Assembly (NCBI GenBank): GCA_032718475.1
Contig: JAUCBJ010001017.1
Span: forward strand, 1 to 42,412
Direction of reading: 5' to 3'
DNA: 42,412 nucleotides
DNA from: Nemertoderma westbladi
Taxonomy: Eukaryota; Animalia; Xenacoelomorpha
The position numbers were made by a program, and so were the translations under genes. The notes below the pieces were generated by a model. The model did no database searches, had not been told where the DNA came from, and saw only the letters and a program-made list of their open reading frames with translations. This document shows positions 23,222 through 33,871 of the stretch, in pieces. Positions within the stretch are counted from its first letter, which is position 1. Each line of letters starts with the position of its first letter.

Positions 23222-23584
23222 GCTAACAGCTGAAACGACGATTTGAAGATACCTGAAATCTGAAGGTACCTCCATTGCTACCCTTAAATTTATCTCGAAC
23301 CTTGACTTCAACTCCAGTGTGGATTTTTTGGTGTTACCGGTTTGAAATTACAAACTTACCTTGAGGAAAATCTGAAGTCTACCTTAAGGTTGACCATGAA
23401 ATATTTCAGTCTAGTCTAATATTTCAGTGCTAGTAGTAGAAGGAAAATAAAAAAAGGTTAAAAGTCAGCTTCAAGGTCTATCTCAAGATTTTTGGAGATT
23501 CCTGCCCAGGACCAGGTAAATCAAAAATCTTGAATGACTTTGAAGGTAACCCTGAAACATCAAAACATCGTTTCAGCTGTTAGC
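23222..23584. mobile_element. MITE with 17-bp perfect TIRs
   Basis: gctaacagctgaaacga (23222-23238) and tcgtttcagctgttagc (23568-23584). Confidence 0.75.
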
Positions 23585-23639
23585 CTACTGTTATATATTG
23601 TCGTTATTCAGGTACCTGCACCCCCCCCCCCCCCCCCCC

Positions 23640-23930
23640 TCATTTTCCTATAAATCTTAATGAGATTGCATGAAATTTGAAACAGAGATAGTTTCACCTC
23701 CCTCCTCCTTGCTGTGGGTGACCCAGAATTATTATATTTCAAAATATTGCACCGGTTACACTGCAGTTATCCTTCAACCTTAGAGTAGTTGTTTGTTGGT
23801 ATTAATGGAAATCTGACCATGCAATACAATATGATTTTCGTTAAAAATTGCAGAAATATGAACATTCAGAAGTTGCATAGGTTTTACAATTCGCGAGGTT
23901 ATTTTATTCTATTTAATAAATTCTGGAACA
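23640..23930. repeat. Second, uninterrupted partial copy of the 16703-17570 repeat
   Basis: Collinear with 16750-16806 joined to 17219-17500. Confidence 0.75.
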
Positions 23931-25072
23931 TTCTATAACTATGTAATAGAATTGTTATAGAGGAATCGCATTGCTGCCCAGATATTTTGACCATGATAAT
24001 GGCCATTATCAAGGCAAGGGTTTTTTGTACTAGAACACAAATATAACCTCCTAACAGTAAAACGGTAGGCTAGTGCTTTTGAATTTGTGTTAGCTAGTGG
24101 AATTAAATAAAAAAAAACAATTTTTCATCATATTTAAACCTCAATTAAATCTCCTTGGAATAATTGCTGCAGTCATAGTAGTGGGGTGCAACCCCACATT
24201 ACCTTCACCCCACTGAAAGAGGAACGGTTACGGGAGGTAGAGATTGCACATGATATTCCCCACTGATATTCTCTGCATTTGACGGAATCTCAAACTCAGA
24301 CATTCACTACCCAGTACATCACAACTGACCCTGTGGTCCTCCAAGAGGGTCAAGAGTATGTCGCGCTAGACCAGCCCGTACACCAAGTCTCTGACTCCTC
24401 CATAAAATCCTAACCAACTCAAACTATGTGAGTTTCAAATAAATATGTTTCACTAAAAATATTTTTTGGAGCAAGGGATTTTTGTCTCATCTATAGTATA
24501 TACCCATACATAGTTAATCACTTTTGACACTTTTGTCACAATTTTTTTCGCTACACCGCTCCACTATTCAGTGTAAAAAAACATTAATCTTGGATTGTGA
24601 AATTAGAATTTGGACTGTGAAAATTTAGCATGATTTGTTTATTTCATGGAAAAAAATGTGTCTATACAAATCATCTACAGCTACTACTGTGCTCGGACCT
24701 ATAATGTGTACATTAGGTGTGCACAATGTACATGTAAGTAATATTTTAAATATTTATATTTACTAAAATATTTGTCTGAAAATTAACAAAGATCAAATAT
24801 GCACCCCATAGCAACTCGCTGTTAGAACTAACACCTAAAAGGACTTTCAACATTCTCGAATATATGTGATTTAGATCCTCTTTCCAGTACCACCAACTAA
24901 AATGTAGAAAATAATGGAAATTATATTATATTATTATGTTTTAAATATTAAATAATTCACAGTCGTTCTCTTATGGATATTCTATGATTGCAATACGTTG
25001 TTCAGAATAGACCGAATACATTTATTCCTACAATTAATATATTTATTGGATATTGAACACTGAATGTGACAC

Positions 25073-28000
25073 ATGTCATTGAGAAATCAGAATTTGTCGA
25101 AGATTGAAACAGAAGTCAGTGTTGGTGACGATAGTGAAAATGTGAGCTTATCTGAGGTGATTGAGGATAGGCAGCACATTGTTGCGAAATGGTGCAGCTA
25201 TGTTCGCTGGTCTGGACATTGCCATGGACGATGCTGCGCCCCTCTCTTCGAACGGCACAATGGATCGTGGTGGAACCCAAGCTTCAGTAGCCAAGACTTG
25301 GAAAGACAATACCAGAGAAGTTCATTGCCCTTACGTCATCGCGCATTTAAATCCTCCATGACATATATATGGATTGCGAGCTCTGCCTACCTCATATATT
25401 TTACAGCAATGATGGGTGTAGAAACAGAAAAAGGTGAAATTATGATGGTATTAACATTATGTATATTACCTGTACTTATGATTCTAGTGGTTGCAGCAGT
25501 ACGTTTGTATAAACATTTGCAGCTGGTATTGCCAATTATTGTGGCTATCATAATGATTATTTGTTCATTACTAGCACTTCAAAACCAATGCATCCCTCAT
25601 CAAATCAAAAATGGTGAACATGGAATGCAAGTTGGAAATAAACCTGACCAAGCAACTAATTACCACACTTACCTCATGAAATTAAGTGATGATATTCATT
25701 GTGGGGTGAGTGAATGGAACGTTATGACACCTATAGGCTCGTTCATGATATCAATTCAACTCCTGCTCATCCTCTACGCAATGCTTCCAGTTCCAATGTA
25801 CATGTCTTTTATTCTAGGAATATTGTACATATGCTTTTATATATATTGTAACCATCATAGGCATTCCGAAGTCATTAATAATTATTCAACATTATTTCTC
25901 CACATATGCGTAAATATTGTGTGCATTCATGCAAAGCTGCGAAGGACAATGGAAGATCGAACAATGTTTCTACACAAGGCCCAATCTATAATGGCTAGCT
26001 CTGAACTTGCCCTTGAGAAAGAAGTGAAGGAGAAATGGCTTCATTTACTAATGCCACCAGTAGTTGCTGAAAAAATGATGCAAAAGGATGCCAGTTGGGT
26101 TTCAGGTGCAGTAATGGGGAAAAGAACAAGTTTTCGCGATTTCCCAGTTAACCTAATGAAGAAAGTTTCGATACTATATGCTGATATAGTTGGTTTCACC
26201 AGCATGGCTTCTGGAAGAAATGCCGAAGTGGTAGTCTCACTTCTTAATGATCTTTTTGGACGATTCGACAAGCATGCTGAGCAAAATGGATGCGAAAAAA
26301 TTGCTACGCTCGGTGACTGTTATTATTGTGTATCAGGCTGTCCAGAGGAGCGCGTCGATCATGCAGAGTCTTGCGTCGAGATGGGACTGGAGATGTGCTC
26401 ATCTATAAAAGAGTTCAATATCGAGTATAAACTTGCAATGAACATGAGAGTGGGGATCCACTCAGGAACAGTACTCTGTGGAATTTTGGGGACAAAAAGG
26501 TTCAGGTTTGATGTTTGGTCTCGAGATGTGAATTTGGCAAATGTGATGGAATCAATTGGTATCCCTGGACGAGTTCATATAACTGGAGCAACACTTGAAT
26601 ATTTAAACAACAGGTATGAAGTTGAAGAACATGTCATAGAGGATTTTATGACAATTAAATTATTAAATGGTGTTAAAACTTATCTGATTATTAATCGTAA
26701 ATCGAAAAACAAACCTCATTCAATAATGTCAATATCCAATAAGACGACTAAAATAAATACAAAAAGAGCACCACGGAGGTCAATTCTTAAAAATAAACTC
26801 GGCAAGAGACGGTTATTTCATTTATTGCGTCCAAAAAGAGTAAATCAATATTTGGAACGAGGTACTGCATTTGTTGAAGATGCGAAGACAGAATGTGAAA
26901 CCCAAAAGTCAGAGGTTGCCTTGGCTATAGGCATCGTTGAGGCAGCAGTTGTTGGTGAATATGATGATAGTTCATTAGAAGAAGCATTGGAGGAGCATAC
27001 GATTGATATGGATTTCGTGAGTGTACCAGTGAATAGGGTGACACTGCGGTTTAAAGATAAGCAACTAGAAAACAAGTACAGCGTACGCTTTGATAGAGGT
27101 TCACACTGGTTTAAATCTAGTAAAATAGCTGAGACACGTAGAAGGTTCACATATCTTGACTTCTGCATTAGCTTTGGGCTGTATGTAATAATATCAATTT
27201 TCTCTTCTTTACTAAGCGGTTTTGCACCGCAATTAATTACATGTTTATTGATATCATTCATATTCGAGATCTTTGTCATTATCCAACAGTCGCATTGGTT
27301 TTTTAAATCGGAAAACTATAAACCATTGTTAGTGGATCTTAACCGTCGTTATCCTACAATCATATGCGATGTACTATTGTTAAGTATCCCAATAGGTATA
27401 GTTTATTCAACATTCAAGTGCGGGGAAGAATTATCCAATTCAGAGAATAAAATCTACCTGCTGTGCGTGGCCAACATGCATTCTATCAATTTCCCACATC
27501 TCAGTTCTTGGTTGAAGGGCCTTATTTTAATTTCATCACAAGTAAGATTATTAAGCTTTTTTGCACAAATTTATCAAATTGTTTGCTCAGCAGATGTGAC
27601 ACATTCACACAACAAATATTGGGAAACAGTAAAATATGAAATATTGCTTGATACATTTCTATTATCTGCACTGATTTTATATATTGATAGGGAATTCGAT
27701 CTTAGTTGCCGTATTAATTTCCATGGTGAAGTGAAAGCTGAAGCAGAAAAAGAAGACATAATAGCAGTAAAAGACACAGCCGAGTGGCTGCTACGAGTAA
27801 TTATACCCAAACATGTCTCAGACGAAATAAAAACTAAATTGACCTATTCAAAGAACCATGAAAATGTTGGTGTAATATTTTTTTCTATAACTAACTTTTG
27901 GGACTTTTATGATGACGAATTTGAAGGAGGTGTTGGATTCCTTAGAATCCTCAATGAACTTATAGTTCACTTTGATGACCTTCTCGACAAACCGAAATAC

Positions 28001-28471
28001 AGCATAATTAGCAAGATAAAAACCATCGGTGCCACGTATATGGCAGCATCTGGGATAGAGGTAGTACATGCTGAAAATCTAATTATGAAAAATCACCTTA
28101 TAACACTAATGAACTTTGTAATAGACCTGCAAAAGGTAGTAAAAGATATCAATAGCAGTGTTTTAGGATTCGAATTCAAAGTAACCTGTGGAATGAACAA
28201 TGGTCCTTTGACATCAGGAGTTATTGGAATAAGCAAACTTTATTACGATATATGGGGTGATGCAGTGAATGTAGCTTCAAGAATGAACTCAACAGGTGTC
28301 ACCAATGAAGTCCAGGTATCAACTAGCACCATGATGGCATTAAACACAGTGTTTGAGTTCATTTATAGAGGGTCGATATCAATAAAGGGTAAAGGGAATC
28401 TGGATACCTATCTCCTAGTGAAGAAACGAGACACACCTCTTGAGGTATCTCTCACATCACATCATTCTTGA
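25073..28471 (+). CDS. ADCY9: Transmembrane adenylyl cyclase, type 9-like (1132 aa, single exon), paralogue 2
   Basis: Motifs PLFERHNGSWWNPSF, VSILYADIVGFT, EKIATLGDCYYCVSGCPE, MRVGIHSG, KIKTIGATYMAASG and YDIWGDAVNVASRM, plus two TM clusters. Confidence 0.95.
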   Translation: MSLRNQNLSKIETEVSVGDDSENVSLSEVIEDRQHIVAKWCSYVRWSGHCHGRCCAPLFERHNGSWWNPSFSSQDLERQYQRSSLPLRHRAFKSSMTYIWIASSAYLIYFTAMMGVETEKGEIMMVLTLCILPVLMILVVAAVRLYKHLQLVLPIIVAIIMIICSLLALQNQCIPHQIKNGEHGMQVGNKPDQATNYHTYLMKLSDDIHCGVSEWNVMTPIGSFMISIQLLLILYAMLPVPMYMSFILGILYICFYIYCNHHRHSEVINNYSTLFLHICVNIVCIHAKLRRTMEDRTMFLHKAQSIMASSELALEKEVKEKWLHLLMPPVVAEKMMQKDASWVSGAVMGKRTSFRDFPVNLMKKVSILYADIVGFTSMASGRNAEVVVSLLNDLFGRFDKHAEQNGCEKIATLGDCYYCVSGCPEERVDHAESCVEMGLEMCSSIKEFNIEYKLAMNMRVGIHSGTVLCGILGTKRFRFDVWSRDVNLANVMESIGIPGRVHITGATLEYLNNRYEVEEHVIEDFMTIKLLNGVKTYLIINRKSKNKPHSIMSISNKTTKINTKRAPRRSILKNKLGKRRLFHLLRPKRVNQYLERGTAFVEDAKTECETQKSEVALAIGIVEAAVVGEYDDSSLEEALEEHTIDMDFVSVPVNRVTLRFKDKQLENKYSVRFDRGSHWFKSSKIAETRRRFTYLDFCISFGLYVIISIFSSLLSGFAPQLITCLLISFIFEIFVIIQQSHWFFKSENYKPLLVDLNRRYPTIICDVLLLSIPIGIVYSTFKCGEELSNSENKIYLLCVANMHSINFPHLSSWLKGLILISSQVRLLSFFAQIYQIVCSADVTHSHNKYWETVKYEILLDTFLLSALILYIDREFDLSCRINFHGEVKAEAEKEDIIAVKDTAEWLLRVIIPKHVSDEIKTKLTYSKNHENVGVIFFSITNFWDFYDDEFEGGVGFLRILNELIVHFDDLLDKPKYSIISKIKTIGATYMAASGIEVVHAENLIMKNHLITLMNFVIDLQKVVKDINSSVLGFEFKVTCGMNNGPLTSGVIGISKLYYDIWGDAVNVASRMNSTGVTNEVQVSTSTMMALNTVFEFIYRGSISIKGKGNLDTYLLVKKRDTPLEVSLTSHHS

Positions 28472-28718
28472 CAAGGAGCAACTGATTAAGCAAATTCAAT
28501 TGCAATTGGCACAAACAATTGCTAGGGTATAGACTTTGTGTTGTGTTGGGAACACAAAATCTTATAGATAGTAAATAAAGTGAATAATGTTAAAAAGTTA
28601 TTTTTAAAATTCTAAGCCATGAGGCTATAATTGACATGGAACAACCACATTTTATGGTAACCCTTAAGACCACCAATACATTTTCATAAATTATTTTGTA
28701 ACCAATAGTAAGTTGCCA

Positions 28719-30005
28719 ATGCTGGGTGCTCCGATTGGTACAGAAGCGACCAGAACTTGTCTGGGGAATTAAATCGAGGACCTGGATACGATCCACTCCA
28801 GAATATTCACCTCCTCGACAGCCACCATGGGTTTTACCTTCTCAAGAATTTCTTTTCGATCCCTCGACTTGTGTATTTCATCAACACTGCACCCAGTTTC
28901 AACCACCCTGACCTCCTAATCAATCTCTCAGATCCACACTCGAGCAGGTTGCCAATGTTTCCATCCCTGACCCCACTTGGATCCAGGCTTGTTTACCGGC
29001 GCGTCTTGATGGTCTCAGTTTAAGTTTGGCAGTTCAGCTCGCCCCCTCCGCCTTCCTGGCTTCAGCAGATACCTGCCTCGCACTCTCGAGCCATCTATTT
29101 ACTTTCACAGTTTCACGTGCTTGGGATCCAGCTCCTGCCCGCACCCTTGAGTTATGGAAATTACAAGTTTCTGTGCTCTAAGCACAGAACTCTTCCAAGC
29201 AGAGTGATTGGTCTGGCCCAGTCCACCAAAATAATCTGGCCACCCTTTGTGCCACTTCCACTCGTCTTGATTGGCTGAACTCAACAGAAGATCGCACAGC
29301 GGGGTGTTGGCTAGACGCGATTCCCTGCAGTTCCCTAGGTCTCAAGCTTTCGAACTCTCAGCTCCACATATCAATCGCTACCTGCCTCGGCTGCAAATTA
29401 ACCGAGCCCCTCTCCTGCACCAGGTGTGGAAGCCCAGTCCATGCGGATGGACTGCACTTCCTTTATTGTCAGAAGAGTGCTGGCCGATTCGCCCGCCATT
29501 CAATGTTGGATGAGATCGTGAAGTGTGGGTTGGCCAGCTGTAATATCCCCTCTATTCTAGAACCACCGGGCCTCTTTAGAACAGATGGTAAATAGGTAGA
29601 TGGGATGACTCGGGTGCCTTGGGAGAGCGGAAAGACCTTGACCTGGGACGCCACTGTGGTGGACCCCCCTCGCACCAAGCCACTTATCCTCCAGCCAGAA
29701 CAAGGGAGGACCCGTTGACCAAGAACAGGAGAAAATAAAAACATGAAAGTACCAGGATCTTATAGACTACTCAAGCAGTTATCAATCTACTCCTGTTGCC
29801 TTTGAGACGTTTGGCCAGCCCGGACCAGCCACTGCAACCTTCCTGAAAGACCTAGGAAGACGAGTCCACAATGCCACCATGGAGCCATGATCCCATTGAT
29901 TTCTGTTGCAGAGGCTGTTAATAGCGATCTTAATGGGTAACGCCACATCTATCCTGGGAACAGTGGACTCTAGTAACTCTGAAGGGCTTTTTGATTTACT
30001 CTAAT
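28719..30005 (+). mobile_element. CRE-clade (restriction-like endonuclease) non-LTR retrotransposon, 5'-truncated and decayed
   Basis: Across frameshifts and stops: LGAPIG, LDSHHGFYLLKN, WIQACLP, LAPSAFLAS, GCWLDAIPCSSLG, CTRCG...DGLHFLYC (zinc knuckle), RH, EPPGL.RTDGK*VDG, WDATVVD, AFETFG, FLKDLG, FLLQRL.IA...GNATSILGT. Confidence 0.88.
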
Positions 30006-30289
30006 AAATACGACCCATAGCGTATCTTAACCCTAGGCCCCATTCAATATTTTTATTTCAGATCTAGTTCACTTAGCGTCTGTTTTGAATTTAAGCCTCA
30101 ATTTTAGTTTTCTTTTTACTTTGTTATTGTAAGTGAAGTTGATTTTTAAAAATAAATTTTGCATCATAGAGCATGTTTCCATGGAAATGGATATTCAAAC
30201 ATTTGTACCTTCTATGTACAATAAGTAAAATAATATTATGTATAGCTACAAGCTCATCTGTCTAAATATAAAAGAAATGATAAAGATTA

Positions 30290-30567
30290 ACTAGGTCGAT
30301 CAAGCTTGGACAGTGGAAATTATGTCCTTCCAAGCTTCCCAATTATCCATAGTTGTCGCAAGTTTCTCTCAAGTCCAGTATCCCTTTCAAGTTTCCCTAT
30401 ATATTTTCATAGGTATATGATGATACATATTTTTGGTATGACCTCATGTTTACTTCTCCAGTGCCCATTGAATCTTGATCTGCATTCATGGAGGGTGGTT
30501 GATACAGGTGGTATTGTACTATAAAGCTTGATGTTTGTCACGTGCTATCTCTAGTTGATGTTAGGGA
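30290..30567 (-). mobile_element. RTE 3'-end fragment, same family as 15246-16305
   Basis: The reverse complement matches 15975-16290 (tacaataccacctgtatcaaccaccctcc, acttgaaagggatactg, atttccactgtccaag...tcgacctag). Confidence 0.88.
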
Positions 30568-31659
30568 GGTACTGGTGTGATATAGTTACACCCACTCTCA
30601 AAATTTTTATACTAGCTAGATTTTGCTATTTTTTTTCATGAACATGTTCTAGAACTATTGAACTATGGAATTATTTAGCATTAAAACATTTCTAGTACAA
30701 ATATTTTTCTTTTAGGACTGTAAAAGCTTAAAAAAATATATTTTTTTTATTATTGAAGTTGCATTAGATGTCATGGAAATAATATTTTCTAGAACAGTGT
30801 AAGATTTCAATGTTTTTCTATGGCTAAGAAGATAATAGCTATAAAGCTTCTACTCAACGAAACCCAAAAGATATATGTAATAAGAATGAGAAAAATCAAA
30901 CAAAAAAGTAAAACAATCGACATTATAGTCAAGATTACTTATTTAACGACAATATTAACAATTCAATATATCAATTTTATTATTATTATTTATTATTTTA
31001 TTCTTAAATTTGTTACTTTTTCGCTCGAATATACCCCAAAATCTGGAGAATTTTTCCCTAGGGAAAAAGTAACTCAAAGGAAAAAGTAAAATAAAATATT
31101 TTTGGTGGAATTTCTAACTTTTATTAAATGTGTTGAAAGAGCATCGACGTAGAAAGGCTTGCACGTAATTTGAGTACAATCTATGCACACACTGAAAAGT
31201 TATAACAAATTTATTGACTGCAAGACGAACTCCAAAACGGAACTCAATATCCAATATTGGTTTATGTAGTTAAGCGGCTCTCTAGTTACGTAATAAATAT
31301 TCGAGAACACTAAATTATTTAACATTGAGTAAGGCAGCAATGGGAGTTGAAGAGTACAATAATTGAATCGCCGTAACAATGGAAGCAATATAGTAAAATA
31401 CTACAGTTTAATTTTTGTAACACAATATCGCTCTATCCTTTATTAAAGAAGTGAGCAACAAAAAAGTACCTCTTTAAGAATAAAACTAAGTATTGCACGG
31501 GAAAAAAATATTTTATATATTTTTTTTCAATATTTTCTAGACCCTTTATTATTTTATTAGACCCTATATTATTATATTCTCTAGACCTCGTTGACGCTCG
31601 GTAAATAGTGAATAGTGAAAAGAATAGAGAATAATGAAAAAAAGTTATACTTTTTTTAT

Positions 31660-31724
31660 AAATAATTATTTATTACATGGGAAAAAAAGTTATACTTTTT
31701 TTCCCATGTAATAAATAATTATTT
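31660..31724. repeat. Perfect 31-bp-arm palindrome with 3-nt loop
   Basis: aaataattatttattacatgggaaaaaaagt-tat-actttttttcccatgtaataaataattattt. Confidence 0.92.
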
Positions 31725-31729
31725 TTAAT

Positions 31730-32066
31730 GACGAAGCAAAAGTACATTTTGATTTTTTAGTTATACGATCTGTAGGCAACGAATTCCAGATGGTGGGACC
31801 CCATCAAAACTCATTGATCTTTGGGAAGAGGTTAGATGGAACAGAGGGATGGTAAAGTTATTGTTTGTTACAGAACGTGTTTAGTAATGGCAGACTGCTG
31901 ATCGTTTTTTAAATAACTGGCCTAAAACGGATTGTGGATTTATAGTTTTTGAGTGGACGTCGTACATGAAAGTGGCAACATTAAGTTTATATAATTTGTT
32001 GAGAGGCGATATAAATTCTTATATAACGGTTTCGATGAGACTCTATAATAATGCATGAAAGTAACA
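31730..32066 (-). mobile_element. L2/Crack/Daphne-type LINE ORF2 3' relic
   Basis: Minus-strand translation gives SSKPLYK...LNKLYKLNVATFMY...HY*TRS...GPTIWNSLP, typical of CR1-group ORF2 C-termini. Confidence 0.7.
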
Positions 32067-32375
32067 CATCGTAAATAACTATTTATGTGGTGGTAAAAAA
32101 AGTAGGCTTTTTTTGTCGAGTGTTATTATTTGGCGCGCGTAGCGAGACAAATAAGAAAGCAAGAAAAAAAATGTTACTTTTTGCCACCACTTGCGTCGTT
32201 TTATTTGTTGCAAGTCTTCTCACTTTTATCTGGATCTATTTCAGCATAAATATCGTCCATCGAACCTTCTTCTGGGCATTACTAAACCTTGGGTACCCAC
32301 AGTCTGACCAATTTTTTTCATATAAAAAGGCTTTTATCATGAAGATTTTGTTTGGAACAAATATTTTACCTTCTG

Positions 32376-32835
32376 ACAGTAGTGTGGCATTTTTAGCAAA
32401 AAAATGTTCTAGATAAAAAATGTGTTCTAGAACAAAAATATTGATCAAATTTGATAACTAACACTTGTTCTATAACGTTTATAAAAAAGTAGAAAAAACT
32501 AGCTAGTATAAAAAATATAAAATGTGTTCTAGAACTAAAAATAGTGTTCTAGAACAAAAATATTTATCAAAATTGATAGCTAACATTTACATAACATACA
32601 TGACATTTATAAAAACTAGCTTTTTGCTTTAGCTTAAAGCGCCAGAACGACATATTTTCTAACTTTATATCGCAGTGCGACATTATTTCTCACTATGTCC
32701 CTACGCCATACATTTTACTGTGTATTTCCAGTATCCAGTATGTCCCCGCGTCATTATTAAGTTGTTCTAGAAAGTTGAAGTGCATAACTATAACTCCCTA
32801 CAAATAAATAAAATTAGATTCGCCATTGTTCATAT
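32376..32835. repeat. Composite repeat: relative of the 4037 MITE interior plus a single-unit version of the 30-bp array element
   Basis: 32400-32630 resembles 4140-4330. 32648-32835 matches 20476-20668 but has only one 30-bp unit. Confidence 0.75.
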
Positions 32836-33322
32836 AAATTGTACTTTAACCCTTTGCGTACCAACACTTAAAAAAAGGCGCCACACTGCCACGATTGCGG
32901 CCAGAGGGAATGGATCATTTGTAGTAGATTTCGCGTTTAAAAGAAGTAGTAGATAGTTAATTTCCACTGGTGAAGTTGGAGCGAGGGAAAATGAAATAGG
33001 TCGTAGATGATTGATATAACGTACGTATTATACTACTGAGGTAATAATGGAAAAAATTTCGGTTGCATCGTGCGTTAGCATACCCCCCTCCTTCGGTTGC
33101 ATCGTGCGTTAGCATACCACCTCCCCCCCCCACCCCCACCTCCAAATTTTTTTATCTCCAAATAAAATAATATTAGCTAACTATCTTGAACATTTACCTA
33201 ATCATTTTGTTTAAAAATATTGTTTTAGATAAATTAATTTTTTGGCTAGAACATTTTATAAAAATATTACTTTTGTGGTGTATTCTTTTAATATAACTGA
33301 TTTGTGCAAAAAACATTCATTA

Positions 33323-33850
33323 CAACAAATTATGTACTGACACGAAGTGGGGACTTCGCGCAGCACGAAGTTGGCAGAGCCTTAGCGAATTGACACTGTT
33401 AGGGGGTAGGTCAATTTATGCAAATAGTCACGTTGGCCCTCTAGCGGCAGACTGGAGAACTGCAGATGGATTCGCCTCCTTTGAAAGTCACAGCTAATGG
33501 TCTAATACATATCTGCCAAGTTTCAGCTTAAACGGATTAAAAGCAAAGAAATGGGAGGCCATTTAATGTTTAGACATGTGGCCCTCTAGCGGGAAACCAT
33601 TGCACTGATGGCGTCTGAAAGTCTCTCAAAAATCTCAACTTTTGCTCATATTGATACCTACAAATTTTCAACTTTGCAGCTTTAAATCCGACAAAGTTAT
33701 TAGCATGTCAAAATCGTAACGACGACGACGACAACGACGACGACGACGACGACGACAACGACGACGACGACAACTATTTGCATAAATTGACCCACCCCCT
33801 AACAGTGTCAATTCGCTAAGGCTCCGCCAACTTCGTGGCTCGCCCCACAG
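33323..33850. mobile_element. HINE/DINE-1-like non-autonomous element (long subterminal inverted repeats plus microsatellite)
   Basis: 65-bp arms at 33364-33428 and 33773-33837 are 63/65 complementary. An (ACG/ACA)n tract lies at 33719-33772 and a small hairpin cgaagt-gggg-acttcg at 33343-33358. The Helentron assignment is by architecture only. Confidence 0.65.
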
Positions 33851-33871
33851 GCAGATACTGAGATAAACAGC

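Noticed and set aside
26041-28069. Antisense ORFs inside the cyclase genes (also 5172-5399, 6411-6614, 8091-8291)
   Set aside because: Shadow ORFs of long coding sequences.
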